Shown: positions 20,012 to 29,891 of the stretch, piece after piece
Layout: each line of letters starts with the position of its first letter
Position numbering within the stretch: position 1 is the stretch's first letter
IMG/VR virus record: IMGVR_UViG_3300046740_000859
Origin: an uncultured virus (IMG/VR IMGVR_UViG_3300046740_000859)
Taxonomy: Duplodnaviria; Heunggongvirae; Uroviricota; Caudoviricetes
Length of the DNA: 64,000 bases
Strand: one strand, 5' to 3'
Translations under genes and position numbers: made by a program
The notes under the pieces: generated by a model
What the model saw: only the letters and a program-made list of their open reading frames with translations
Told to the model about the DNA's origin: nothing
Databases searched by the model: none

Positions 20012-21679
20012 ATGGCGAACCGACACAAAGCGGACGCGAAGCGTGATCGCAGCGAGGCGCCGATCACCCCAACACAAGACGACGAGGCCGACATCTTGGA
20101 TGAGGCCGGTGCCGCCCCAGACGAGAACGGCAACATGGTGGCCGATGAGGATAAGATCCGCGAGATCGGCGCCGTAGACGCCGAGAGCGTGCGCGAGAAT
20201 CGCCGCCGAGACGACATCGTCAAGAAGAAGCGCGGCAACGTATCGAACGTCTCGTTCAACACCGGCGATGCGCTCGACACGTACGACACGATCCTCAGAG
20301 TGTTTCCAACCAACCAGGTCGAAATTCGCCTCAAGAGCCTGAGAACCGGGACCACGCAGACGATCACCTCTCGTCCGAAAACCGGAAACGAGTTGTACGA
20401 CGCGCTTCTGTCGGCTCACGGCCAGCAAGAGGCGGCCGAATACGAAGTCATTTTCGTCGACAGCGTCCGAAAGGGATGGCTCGGAAAACCGCGGATCGGG
20501 CTGCCGGACACGCGTCCGCCGACACAGCCAGGACAACCTTCCATGAACTCCTTCCCGCCGCAGGGCTACCCACCGCCCGGTTACCCGCCGCCTCAGTACG
20601 CACCGCCACAGGTCGCCGCGCAACCTGCTCCGCAGCCTGCCGCGCAGGCGCCGGTCATGCAGTTCGTTCCGCCACCGGCAGTTGATCCGATGGCGATGAT
20701 GCGGCAGACGTTCGACTTTTTCGAGCAGATGCGTTCGACTTTGCAGCCACAGCAACCGGCGTACCCGCAGTACCCACAACAGCCGCAGCAACAACAGGCC
20801 ATCCCAGCGATGACCCCGCCGCCGCAAACCAACGATCCTGCCGCACAGACGGCGTGGATGCAGCAAGCGTTCAACTTGTTCCAGCAGATGCAGCAGATGT
20901 TGCGCGCAGGCACGCCGGCACCGGTGCAAGCTCCAGCGCCTACGCTGCAAGCGCAACCGCAGCAACAGCCGCAACAAGCCGGACCGCCTGGGCCCCCTCC
21001 GCGCGGAATGATGTGGGTGTGGATGCACGGCTACGGGTTCGCGCTCATGCCCGAGAACAACGGAATGACCGGAGCGCCAGATCGTGGGCCTGCGGGACCG
21101 ATGTACCGAGGTCGCCCCACGTACGATCCGCAACAAGGAGAACGGCCGCCTCCCTACGCTGCTCCACAGCGACCACAGACACTCGCCGATCAACTCCGCG
21201 AGTCGGTAGCGGCTACGCGCGCGACTGTCGAGGCGATGCAGGAGATGAGCTCGTTGCTACCGGGCTACGGAGGGCCGCAAGAAGTGGCCGTGCCCGAAGC
21301 AGACGACGATAGCCCCGTGCGGTCTATCAAGATGGGGCCCGCCACGGGCATCATCAACACGAGCGACGGATCGACGCGATGGGGCGAGAGCATCCTGGCC
21401 AACGTGCCCGACTTTCTCAAGTGGCTCGGTGAGCAGCACAAAGAGATCCAAGAAAGAGCCGAGCGGCGCCAACAGCCGCAACGCCAAAGGCGGCAGCTCA
21501 GACCTGGGGAGGTCGAGGTGACGCCCGGGTACCAACCTCCTCCGGGATACGTGGTCGGGCCGCCTGAGGAAGAGGAGGGGCTTCCGCCACCGCCGGCACA
21601 CGTGCCGCCTCCGGTCTCGGCGCCACCGCAGAGGACTTGGGGGGCGCCGACGATCACGGAAGAAGAAGGAGAAGGCTGA
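20012..21679 (+). CDS. Pro/Gln-rich low-complexity protein with N-terminal globular domain
   Basis: 555 aa; PPQGYPPPGYPPPQY and QQPQQQ tracts; two MxQxFxxFxQM helices. Confidence 0.7.
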   Translation: MANRHKADAKRDRSEAPITPTQDDEADILDEAGAAPDENGNMVADEDKIREIGAVDAESVRENRRRDDIVKKKRGNVSNVSFNTGDALDTYDTILRVFPTNQVEIRLKSLRTGTTQTITSRPKTGNELYDALLSAHGQQEAAEYEVIFVDSVRKGWLGKPRIGLPDTRPPTQPGQPSMNSFPPQGYPPPGYPPPQYAPPQVAAQPAPQPAAQAPVMQFVPPPAVDPMAMMRQTFDFFEQMRSTLQPQQPAYPQYPQQPQQQQAIPAMTPPPQTNDPAAQTAWMQQAFNLFQQMQQMLRAGTPAPVQAPAPTLQAQPQQQPQQAGPPGPPPRGMMWVWMHGYGFALMPENNGMTGAPDRGPAGPMYRGRPTYDPQQGERPPPYAAPQRPQTLADQLRESVAATRATVEAMQEMSSLLPGYGGPQEVAVPEADDDSPVRSIKMGPATGIINTSDGSTRWGESILANVPDFLKWLGEQHKEIQERAERRQQPQRQRRQLRPGEVEVTPGYQPPPGYVVGPPEEEEGLPPPPAHVPPPVSAPPQRTWGAPTITEEEGEG

Positions 21680-22101
21680 TGCGCGCCACGATCAACGTGG
21701 AGTTCACGGACGATGAGCTTCGCAAGTACGCCGAGGACGTCGCTCGGCGCGTAGGATTGAACTTCATCCACGACGTGATGGGGCATCTTCGTGGTGCAAA
21801 GATCAACCCGGACATCGTTGCGATGGCGGCCCAAGCGTTCGCCGCCGCGGTCTCGAATTCGTTCGCGAAGAAGGAGACGCCTAGCGATCCGGCGGATCCG
21901 AAGGTGTACCCTCCTCGGATCGTCTGCGAGCGCATCGCAGCCGACGCGCACATCGAAGAGGGATGGGCTTGCTGTTCATGCTCGGTCTACAACGAAGTCC
22001 ATCGCCACACGTGCCGAAACTGCGGACACGTGCGCTGCGATCCCATCGTGACGCCTCCTCCTGCTCCGAACGAGCCGCCTTCCGGAGTGGGCTCGGTGTG
22101 A
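21679..22101 (+). CDS. Zn-ribbon (RanBP2-like W-x-C-xx-C...C-xx-C) protein
   Basis: WACCSCSVYN...CRNCG. Confidence 0.55.
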   Translation: MRATINVEFTDDELRKYAEDVARRVGLNFIHDVMGHLRGAKINPDIVAMAAQAFAAAVSNSFAKKETPSDPADPKVYPPRIVCERIAADAHIEEGWACCSCSVYNEVHRHTCRNCGHVRCDPIVTPPPAPNEPPSGVGSV

Positions 22102-22355
22102 AGTACCGCATCATGATGAGCGTCGCGATCGAAGCGCGCACCGACCACGAAGCCTCCGAGTACGCGAGGAAATTCGCGGGGCTGCTCAAGTCGCCGCTCG
22201 TGAAGATGGCGGTCGAAGGTGAAGGCATTCGTCTTTTCGGGAGCGACGGGGCGCCTGTCGTCCATCAGCCGCAACGAGAGCGGGGGTAACGGGAAAGCTG
22301 CTGAGTAAGAGCGTTCGCTGGACGAGTCCTGGGGGACGCGCGTAGGCTTCACGGC

Positions 22356-23522
22356 ATGCGCCTCTACGAAGTGCAGCCTGGAGACAGTCCTGCGAGCATC
22401 GCGGCGCGACCGGAAATGGCCGGCTGCCCAAAATGCAGTCGAGATCTTCTGGCGGTCAACGACAAGCCGACGATCTCGTTCCCGAACGGCTACAAGACTT
22501 TCCGAGACCTCTCTGTCGGAGAGCGTCTTCGTCTTCCCGATAAGTGGTTCGACGGCTCGCTCGACAATCGTCCTCCTTCGTACTTCTCAGCGCTCCCTCA
22601 TCCTGACGGAGTGACGCCGAGCAAACTCGGTCTCGCTGCCGCCGGAGTGCTCGGCGACTACTCGACTTTCGACTCCGCATCCGCGACGGCAGCGACGCTC
22701 GCGGCGATGAACGATCAGTCGTTCAGCAACGCGGTGGACGCCGTCTGCACGATGATCGACCAGGCGGCGCGCGAAGCGGACAAGAGCCCAGATCAGAGGA
22801 TCGCTGCGTACGCGCAGGCGGTACACCTCAGCACGAACGCCGCACGACAGCGGAACCAGGATCTGGTCACCGCGATCACCACCGGCGATCAAGCCGCCGC
22901 GACCAAAGCGCGCGCGGACATTCAGGCCGATCTCACGACCGCGCTCAGCGCCGCTCAACTCGCACTGCAAGCCGTGTACGGGGGCGGGAGCGCCGCGCCG
23001 GCAACGAAGACGACGCCCGTCATCCCGCCGGACACCATCGTCGCCGTGGCGAAAGCCGTCGCCGCCGCTGTCGCCGCAGATCCGAGCTACTGCACGTCGG
23101 TCTCGCAGTCTGGAAGCGCGATGAACGCGGCGATCCACGCTTTTAAATCGGCGTGGAATGCGGCGAATCCGGGCACTCCGGTGCCGATCAATACCGGCAC
23201 CTACGAGCAGGCTACCGCCGACGCACTCGCGAAGGTTCTCGGAAGCGCGCCTCCGGCGTGCGGAGCTCGAGGCGGCACCACTCCGTCCTTTCCTGGAGGA
23301 GACATCACTCCTCCGCAAGAGTCGCAAGGGATGAGTCTAGGCGCGATCTTTGGTCTCAGCCTGCTCGGTGCTGGGGCGGTTGGCGGCGCGATCTATCTCG
23401 CGACGAAAGAGTCTCCGGCTCGAGTGCGCAGAGCTCGTCCTCGCCCACGTCGCGCCCGTCCCGCTATCCGACGTGAAGATCAACGCGACACCGTCGCGCC
23501 TTGGAAGAAGGAAATCACGTGA
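22356..23522 (+). CDS. LysM-like membrane-anchored virion protein
   Basis: YEVQPGDSPASIA...LSVGERLRLP (LysM); FKSAWN domain shared with 29888; C-terminal TM plus Arg tail. Confidence 0.7.
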   Translation: MRLYEVQPGDSPASIAARPEMAGCPKCSRDLLAVNDKPTISFPNGYKTFRDLSVGERLRLPDKWFDGSLDNRPPSYFSALPHPDGVTPSKLGLAAAGVLGDYSTFDSASATAATLAAMNDQSFSNAVDAVCTMIDQAAREADKSPDQRIAAYAQAVHLSTNAARQRNQDLVTAITTGDQAAATKARADIQADLTTALSAAQLALQAVYGGGSAAPATKTTPVIPPDTIVAVAKAVAAAVAADPSYCTSVSQSGSAMNAAIHAFKSAWNAANPGTPVPINTGTYEQATADALAKVLGSAPPACGARGGTTPSFPGGDITPPQESQGMSLGAIFGLSLLGAGAVGGAIYLATKESPARVRRARPRPRRARPAIRREDQRDTVAPWKKEIT

Positions 23523-24178
23523 TCGAAAAACAAGTCGAAGGCGTGAAAACCGATGCGCGACCGCACCCTGCCGGGGGTCAAGGCGCGCGCCTCTCTCTAC
23601 AAGAGGTAGCTGACCGCGCATGGAAAGCGCGGATGAGCCCGCGTCTTCGCGCGTGGTCCACGCAGCAACTCGACAAGCACAAGGTCTCGACTGGAACTCG
23701 CAAGCAAAAGGGAAACGCCATCCTCACGGAGTTTCGCAAGAAGGTCCCGTACGTCGCCGATCCGGTGATGGGCGAGTTCATGGAGACGCCCGATCAGACG
23801 CTCTGCCTCGACGAAGGTGGGCTCTGCTTCATTGGAACAGATTGCGACGGCTCTGCGATCACGCTCTCCGCGGCGATGATGTCGATCGGGATCCCGACCA
23901 TGATCATCGGTTGCAGCTATCGCGAACCGGCTGATGTTCCAACGCACGTCTACATGGCGTTCGAGGGCGATCTCAAAGACTGGCTCTACATGGACGGCAC
24001 GACGAAGCACCCCGTCGGAAAAGTTGCTCCACGCTTGCGCGAGTTCTGGGTCGAGCCAGGTGCGGCGGCGAAAGAGATTGGCTCGGGAGACTTCGTCGGA
24101 ATGAGCGGATCAGGGTTGCTGTCGGGCCCTTCAAACGCCTCGCGGATACTCAATCTGCTCTATCCGGGTATCCGTTAG
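23519..24178 (+). CDS. Transglutaminase-like (Cys-His-Asp) protein
   Basis: DCDG..I.LSAAMMSIGIP, THVY, WLYMDGT triad pattern. Confidence 0.8.
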   Translation: MIEKQVEGVKTDARPHPAGGQGARLSLQEVADRAWKARMSPRLRAWSTQQLDKHKVSTGTRKQKGNAILTEFRKKVPYVADPVMGEFMETPDQTLCLDEGGLCFIGTDCDGSAITLSAAMMSIGIPTMIIGCSYREPADVPTHVYMAFEGDLKDWLYMDGTTKHPVGKVAPRLREFWVEPGAAAKEIGSGDFVGMSGSGLLSGPSNASRILNLLYPGIR

Positions 24179-24217
24179 TACAACGCACGGTGTACGCCGG
24201 TACAACGTACGTTGTAC
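24178..24217. promoter_or_regulatory. Tandem 18-bp palindromic operator-like sites
   Basis: Perfect palindrome GTACAACGTACGTTGTAC at 24200-24217; 2-mismatch copy GTACAACGCACGGTGTAC at 24178-24195. Confidence 0.55.
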
Positions 24218-24559
24218 TTCAGTGTGCTTATTTTCACGTCGTGCGCTTAGCCCTTCAGTCGTGAACCGCACACGTCGACGTAGCGCGTAACGTATCGTTA
24301 CGACTGTCGTTTCCGTTTGTTTGAACAGCGGCGCGTAGCGCGCGCGAACCACTATCGTCACGACCTCGCGAGTTGGCAACTTCGCGCATTGCTTGACGGT
24401 CAGATCCCTGATTGCGATCCTTTGACTCGCAACCGTGGGATGTCTCTCTACGATGATCGATTGGCAGATCTCAGCGAAGCACGACGAAGTCGGGCCGCGC
24501 AGCCGTCGAGAAACCCAATGCTCCGTCGAGGCGCCTCTGAGGCCGCTCGACGGCCATCG

Positions 24560-26080
24560 ATGTCTGCGCAGTCTCTCCTCTTCGATCGCAGTGCCGGTTG
24601 GACGGAGAGCAAAGCCAAGTCGTGGGCTCGGTCTCACGGCTACAAGTACGGGAAGCTGGACGTCACCGACCAGTACATCCGAATCCGCCAGTTCGATCCC
24701 AAGGGCACCAAAGTCAAGCGAACAATCCCATTCGGCCGCGGTATTCGCGCCGTAGTGGCTCGAGAGGAAAGCAGCAACATGGCACGTACCTCCACCGTCA
24801 AGTCGTCCCGTCGCAAGCGCCGGACCGCCAAGAAGAAGACCTCGCACCGCCGTCGTCGGCGCGTGCACGCGGTCGCGGCCCCCAAGCGTCGCCGTCATCG
24901 GCGAGCGAAGAAGGCGGCTGCCACGACTCGGCGTCGGCGTCGGCGCACGGTGCGTGTGGAGGCAAGGCGCTCACGTCGGCGTCGTTCGAGCATGGTGATG
25001 GCACCGCGCCGTCGTCGGCGTCGGGTGACGCGCGAGGCGTGGAAGGGTGATCGTGAGGGGCACGCGAAGGCGGCTCGGAAGGGTCATCGTCGTCGGAAGG
25101 CGCGCAGCGCTCCGGTTCGTCGTCGGCGTCGTCGGAAGGCGCGCGCGAGCGAGACCGTGATGCAGTCGCCGCGTCGGCGCAGGCGTCATCGTCGAGCACG
25201 CGAGACCGTGATGGAGTCTCCGCGTCGGCGTCATCGGCGTCATCGCGTCCACGCTTCTCGCGGAGGCGGGGGCATGGGCGGCGGAGAGATGGCGCTTGCC
25301 GTCGCTACGGCAGGCTTCGGTTTCGTCCTCGCGGACGGGCTCGATCGCTTTCTCGCCACCTACAACCCGTCGTCGACCGACGCGCCGCCGAAGGACAAGT
25401 TCACTTCGACCGGCACCGGTACGCTCGCGAACACGCTCAACGTCGCCTCGATGCCGGACTGGAAACGGCTCGCGGCAGGCGTCGGCATGATCGCGGCTCC
25501 GGCTGTCGGAGCGATGTTCACCAAGGGCTACGCGCGAAGCGCACTCGAAGGAGCCGCAATCGGCGCTGGAGTGAACTTCGTGAAGCTGGTGGTGAACAAC
25601 ATCCTCATGCCGATGTTGGTCGGCAAGGACACCTCGGCCCCCGCGTTGCAGAAGAGCTACATCGCGAGGTTGTTCCCGAGCGAGGTAGCGGCGAAGATCA
25701 ACAAGGCGCAGACGATGACGGGCGTTTCGAGCGCAGGCTCGGGCGCGCTGTCGGGCGCACAGGACGTCGGTCCGTTCGCACTCTCCGGCGACAGCCCGTA
25801 CCCCACCGCCGATCAGGCGTTGAGGGCCGGAGTCTCCGGAGACAGTCCGTACCCGACTGTCTCGCAGGCACTTCGAGCAGGCGTCTCGGGCGACAGTCCG
25901 TACCCGACCGCCGCGGCGGTACTCCGCCACGAGGCCGGTATGGGCTACACGCCAGGTCCGCCTTCGGGCCCTGGTCCAGGCCCGCAAGCGGAGCCGCACA
26001 CGGATCCGTCGTGTGGCTGCATCGGTGATCCTTTCGCCGGGTCCTCGAGCTTCCTCGGAGACGCACCAGCAGAGAGCTGA
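24560..26080 (+). CDS. Protamine-like Arg-rich core/membrane protein
   Basis: Small N-terminal domain, about 160 aa of poly-Arg blocks, hydrophobic helices, 3x17-aa repeats; alternative start at 24779 with GAGG SD. Confidence 0.75.
   Translation: MSAQSLLFDRSAGWTESKAKSWARSHGYKYGKLDVTDQYIRIRQFDPKGTKVKRTIPFGRGIRAVVAREESSNMARTSTVKSSRRKRRTAKKKTSHRRRRRVHAVAAPKRRRHRRAKKAAATTRRRRRRTVRVEARRSRRRRSSMVMAPRRRRRRVTREAWKGDREGHAKAARKGHRRRKARSAPVRRRRRRKARASETVMQSPRRRRRHRRARETVMESPRRRHRRHRVHASRGGGGMGGGEMALAVATAGFGFVLADGLDRFLATYNPSSTDAPPKDKFTSTGTGTLANTLNVASMPDWKRLAAGVGMIAAPAVGAMFTKGYARSALEGAAIGAGVNFVKLVVNNILMPMLVGKDTSAPALQKSYIARLFPSEVAAKINKAQTMTGVSSAGSGALSGAQDVGPFALSGDSPYPTADQALRAGVSGDSPYPTVSQALRAGVSGDSPYPTAAAVLRHEAGMGYTPGPPSGPGPGPQAEPHTDPSCGCIGDPFAGSSSFLGDAPAES
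25781..25930 (+). repeat. Three tandem 51-bp coding repeats ([LV]SGDSPYPT..QALRAG)
   Basis: Units begin near 25781, 25832 and 25883. Confidence 0.85.
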
Positions 26081-26197
26081 ACCTCTCGCACAACATCCCC
26101 GCCCCGGTAGGACCGAAAGGAGCCCCGGGGCTGAGGTGTCACAAGCAACTCCCTTGCGGCGGACAAGAAACGGCAGGGGTTCAGGAGAGAAATTCCA

Positions 26198-27568
26198 ATG
26201 GCAAAACCAGCACAGAACACGGGCATCGTCGGGCGATCCATCAAGACTTTCCAGCGCGAGAAGGGCAATACCCAGCGGGTCTTGTTCGGACTCGGTATGA
26301 GCCCCGAGCGGGCGAACGAGATCGGCCTCCAAGGTCCAGGAGGTACGGTCGGCGCGGTCGGTCTCGCCGAGAAGTGCCTGAAGTGCAGCTTCGGCAACGT
26401 GCCCGTGATCGAAGAGGTCGTGTGGACGATCCCTCTCCCGCTGACGGCAGAGGAAGCGCTCGCGACGCTCGGCGACACGGTGAACCTGATGTCGGGCAGC
26501 TCCAGCGTGCCCGGTGTGGCGTCGATCGACTCGACGTTCCTCATCAACGGCATCCTCCAGACCGACATCCTCACGATGGGCGTGGGCGTGCACGTGTTCT
26601 GTGAGCCGATGTCGTTCTCCACGATCGGCAACGCCTTCGAGGCGCCCGCGACGACGGTGGTTCCTCCTCCGTCACCGGACGTGTTCACGGACAACGACGT
26701 GTTCAACGGCGCGCTCGGTGGCGCGTTCGGGGATACGGAACCGACGAAGTCGGTCTCTCCGGCCGTGTTCGAGTTCGGCGCCGACGTGTGGCGCGCGGGC
26801 TGGAACTTCATCAACGCGTACCAGTTCCAGTGGAGAGCCTCGCAGCGCGAGCTCATCATCAACGAGCTGGCGGCGGACGTCTCGTACTTCGGCGCCTTCG
26901 CGGACGCCGAGGCGAGCGGCACGAGTGAGGTCCCCATCATCGAGTTCGTCGCCGCGGTCAACGCGACGTACCGCTCGAAGGGTTCGGCCACGATCTTCCT
27001 GCCGGTTTCCTTCCGGCGTGTGGGATCGGTCAACGGCGGCGCCAACCTGAACGTGGGCGTGTTCCACCCGACGCGTGACTTCGATCTCGCGCCGGTCACG
27101 TGGGGCGGTCTTCGGTTCCAGGGCTACGGCTGCCGCGGCCAGATGTACCGTCCGATCGAAAGCCCGTGCTTCCTCGAGCGCGGGATCCCCATCGGGATGC
27201 AGTTCGTCGTGCAGGATGCGGTCCACCAGGCGCTCATGCTCCAGGCGGTCACCATCAACAACGAACCCCTCGGCACCAACATCTCGCCGGACGAGAACTT
27301 CTCGTGCACGACGGGCGTGGGAACGGGCGCGGTGCACGGGACACCCACGGCAGGAGCCATCACCACCGGAGCCGACAACGTCATGCTCGAGCAGACGCTC
27401 GACTCGACGCCGGTTCTAGTTCAGCAGTCGGTCAACGTCTGCCGCGAGGTCTTCAAGGGCGGCATCCTGAAGATCGGCATCAAGCTCAAGGGCTGGGAGA
27501 TGCCCGGAGGCTGGAAGGCGTACTGCGAAAGCGACATGCCTTCTCTCATCGGCAAGAAGGTCGGCTGA
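26198..27568 (+). CDS. Putative major capsid protein (beta-rich, jelly-roll candidate)
   Basis: 456 aa; strong SD (AGGAG), highly biased C/G-ending codons, alternating beta-strand patterns ending IGIKLKGWE, followed by a strong hairpin; fold is inferred. Confidence 0.5.
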   Translation: MAKPAQNTGIVGRSIKTFQREKGNTQRVLFGLGMSPERANEIGLQGPGGTVGAVGLAEKCLKCSFGNVPVIEEVVWTIPLPLTAEEALATLGDTVNLMSGSSSVPGVASIDSTFLINGILQTDILTMGVGVHVFCEPMSFSTIGNAFEAPATTVVPPPSPDVFTDNDVFNGALGGAFGDTEPTKSVSPAVFEFGADVWRAGWNFINAYQFQWRASQRELIINELAADVSYFGAFADAEASGTSEVPIIEFVAAVNATYRSKGSATIFLPVSFRRVGSVNGGANLNVGVFHPTRDFDLAPVTWGGLRFQGYGCRGQMYRPIESPCFLERGIPIGMQFVVQDAVHQALMLQAVTINNEPLGTNISPDENFSCTTGVGTGAVHGTPTAGAITTGADNVMLEQTLDSTPVLVQQSVNVCREVFKGGILKIGIKLKGWEMPGGWKAYCESDMPSLIGKKVG

Positions 27569-27598
27569 GCCGAAACGCAAACGCGAACCGCGACATCA

Positions 27599-27640
27599 AC
27601 GGGCGAGTGCGCTTTGACTCGCACTCGCCCGTAATGTTTT
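27599..27640 (+). terminator. Stem-loop after putative capsid gene (terminator/mRNA stabiliser)
   Basis: Perfect 13-bp stem ACGGGCGAGTGCG / CGCACTCGCCCGT, 8-nt loop, then AATGTTTT. Confidence 0.7.
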
Positions 27641-27674
27641 CCGCGACCCTGCTCGTTGTTTTTCAGGAGATCCC

Positions 27675-28286
27675 ATGACCCAGCCGAAAACCCGCGACAT
27701 TCGATCGCTTGCTTTGTGGGCCCCGAAGATTGCCTACGGGCTAGTCGCAGGAGTCCCACAGGTGCCGTTCGTCGCCGACATCCCGCTCCAGTTCTCGTCG
27801 TCGACGGTGAACGCGCCGCCCGTCGTGGCGGCATTCGACAACAACCTGACGCAGGACACGATGATCGAGCGGATCTCGTACAACCTGGGGCAGCAGAACA
27901 CCTTCGCCGGCTCGCCTCTACAGAGCACCTACTTCAATCAACTCAAGCAGAGCGGGCAGACTGGCATCGGGATCCGCATGGACGTCTACGGCGGCCCCAA
28001 GTACGCCGTCAACGGAAGCTTCACCGATCTCGGCAATCTCGCCGACGTGCTCGCAGTGACGTGGCCCGAAGGGTGGTTGCTCCTCAAGCAGTCGAACGTG
28101 AAGGTCTCCGCGATCCTCATGCAGACTCCGGTGAGCGTTCCGTACAACGCGACCCTCACCTTCCTCGGGTGGCAGTTCCTCTCGAAGGAGCTCGATGACC
28201 TCAGCGACGACGAGTGCCGTCGACGGCTCAACCTGCTCGGCATCGAGTCTCCGGACTTGAACAAGATCCTGGCTGGCCAGAAGTGA
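27675..28286 (+). CDS. Putative minor capsid protein (single jelly-roll candidate)
   Basis: AGGAG SD; beta-rich; DTMIERISY...ATLTFLGWQ parallels DILTMGVGV...IKLKGWE of the upstream protein. Confidence 0.45.
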   Translation: MTQPKTRDIRSLALWAPKIAYGLVAGVPQVPFVADIPLQFSSSTVNAPPVVAAFDNNLTQDTMIERISYNLGQQNTFAGSPLQSTYFNQLKQSGQTGIGIRMDVYGGPKYAVNGSFTDLGNLADVLAVTWPEGWLLLKQSNVKVSAILMQTPVSVPYNATLTFLGWQFLSKELDDLSDDECRRRLNLLGIESPDLNKILAGQK

Positions 28287-28287
28287 A

Positions 28288-29193
28288 ATGGGTGACCCCG
28301 CCGACAACGTGATCCGGATGAAGGGGCGGCGAGGGCCGCTCGCGGCGGGGATCCACACGGCGCTCTGCTCCGGACGCGACGAGATCGTCACCAATGGTCC
28401 GAATCCGGAGTTCCAGTTCATCGGGAGCGACCCGTACAACTCGAACGTCGGTACCGGACTCGTCGTGCCGACGACTCCGAGCGCATCGATTGGCGACGCG
28501 CGCTACCTCTTCTTGCTCGCCCGACAGCGCTTCAGCACCGGAGAGCAGAGCTACGAGCGAAAAGGCGTGCGTCTCGTAGGGATCAGGCAGTACGCGGATC
28601 TCGTCGCACGGATCCCTGCCGGCACGGACCCGCCGCTTCAGACCGACGTTGGTCCGGCGACCGGAAGCACCGTCACGTTCCACAGGGAGATCAAGAGCCC
28701 GTTCTGGCACCCGCCGGACGGGAACATCTCCTGGCACGTGATGGTGCTCAACAACGGACAGCGCGACACGCGCAATCCGCAGAACGCCGACGGCCTGATC
28801 TACCAGGACGCGCTCTCTCCCGCGATGCTCTTCCAGACGATCACCGGATCGGCGTTCGCACCTACGGCGTACACGGCCCCGAACGGAGGGCGCCCGTGGG
28901 GGAAACCGATCGGAGCGAGTCTCGGCAACATCCACGAGCTCCGGTATCCGTGGCGCACCGAGAGGAGCGAGCGCGTGCTCGACATTCCGATCCCTGTGCC
29001 GTGCGACGTTGTGCTCTTCGCGAGCGTGCGGCAGAACGATCCGGCGAAGAACCCGACCCTCACCGACTGCGCGGCGCTCGGAGCGCTCTCTGAGGAAGAT
29101 CAGTTCCTCGTCGTCTACAACAACTTCGCGCAGTACGGCACTATCGCCGGAGCGCTCGTGTTCGATCAGAACATCGGGGAGGACGTTCCATGA
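28288..29193 (+). CDS. Putative virion structural protein (penton/minor capsid candidate)
   Basis: 301 aa beta-rich, co-transcribed with capsid candidates. Confidence 0.4.
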   Translation: MGDPADNVIRMKGRRGPLAAGIHTALCSGRDEIVTNGPNPEFQFIGSDPYNSNVGTGLVVPTTPSASIGDARYLFLLARQRFSTGEQSYERKGVRLVGIRQYADLVARIPAGTDPPLQTDVGPATGSTVTFHREIKSPFWHPPDGNISWHVMVLNNGQRDTRNPQNADGLIYQDALSPAMLFQTITGSAFAPTAYTAPNGGRPWGKPIGASLGNIHELRYPWRTERSERVLDIPIPVPCDVVLFASVRQNDPAKNPTLTDCAALGALSEEDQFLVVYNNFAQYGTIAGALVFDQNIGEDVP

Positions 29194-29891
29194 CCACTCC
29201 CGCTCAAGCATCCGGATACCCAGATTTCGTCACGGACTGGCCCGTTCAAGGACCAACCGATCCCGGCATTCGTGCCGCGGATTGTCGATACGCGCAGAAA
29301 CTCCCGACGCCGCAGGAAGCTCCGTGCGTCGATTGCAAAGGACCGATTCCCATGTGGGCTCAGACCAAAGGACTGCTCGGTGAACAGGTTTCGTTCGGCG
29401 GAGCTCGAGTTCGAGCGTTCGCGCTGGCGGCAGCGGGAGATCCGGACGTTTGGGACAAGCTTTCGCCTGGGCAACAGTCGTGGCTCGCTGGCGTGAAGCA
29501 GAAGCTCAACGACCTCATCGTCCAGACGACGGGCACCAAGTGCGCGACGTGGGGCCCAAACGTCACTTCCGTCGGAGCAACCAAGTGCTTCCAGACTTGG
29601 TACAACTCCTACGGCCTGACCCAGCTCCGCACTGATGGAGTCTTGGATCAGGACACGCTCAGCGCCCTCATCGAGACGGCGCAGGCGCATCCAACCGATT
29701 TCCCGCAGTTCCCCGGGCAGGCTCAGCCTGGAACTGCTCCGGACGTGGCGGCCGCATCTGCGGTCGCGCCACCCTCGAAGCTCTCCACCGGCGCAATGGT
29801 CGGGATCGCTGCCGGCGGTGCAACCGTTCTCGGCGGGATCGTTTACGCCGCCACACGCAAAAAGTCTCGGCGCAGCCGAAGGAGAGGGTGA
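29190..29891 (+). CDS. Membrane-anchored protein with PG-binding-like segment
   Basis: FQTWYN...LRTDGVLDQDTLSAL; KLSTGAMVG TM; RKKSRRSRRRG tail. Confidence 0.65.
   Translation: MTTPAQASGYPDFVTDWPVQGPTDPGIRAADCRYAQKLPTPQEAPCVDCKGPIPMWAQTKGLLGEQVSFGGARVRAFALAAAGDPDVWDKLSPGQQSWLAGVKQKLNDLIVQTTGTKCATWGPNVTSVGATKCFQTWYNSYGLTQLRTDGVLDQDTLSALIETAQAHPTDFPQFPGQAQPGTAPDVAAASAVAPPSKLSTGAMVGIAAGGATVLGGIVYAATRKKSRRSRRRG

Noticed and set aside
24317..24559. N-terminal extension of the 587-aa ORF from TTG 24317
   Set aside because: No SD, atypical composition, overlaps probable regulatory gap; start placed at 24560
25781..25930. Tandem repeats as possible CRISPR array
   Set aside because: 51-bp in-frame coding repeats with synonymous variation, no unique spacers, no cas genes
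24971..27099. Long antisense ORFs (540 aa, 384 aa) and similar shadows at 11412-12533, 19856-21193, 38063-39334, 46830-48026, 53258-54589
   Set aside because: Shadow frames of real genes in high-GC DNA; no motifs or SD
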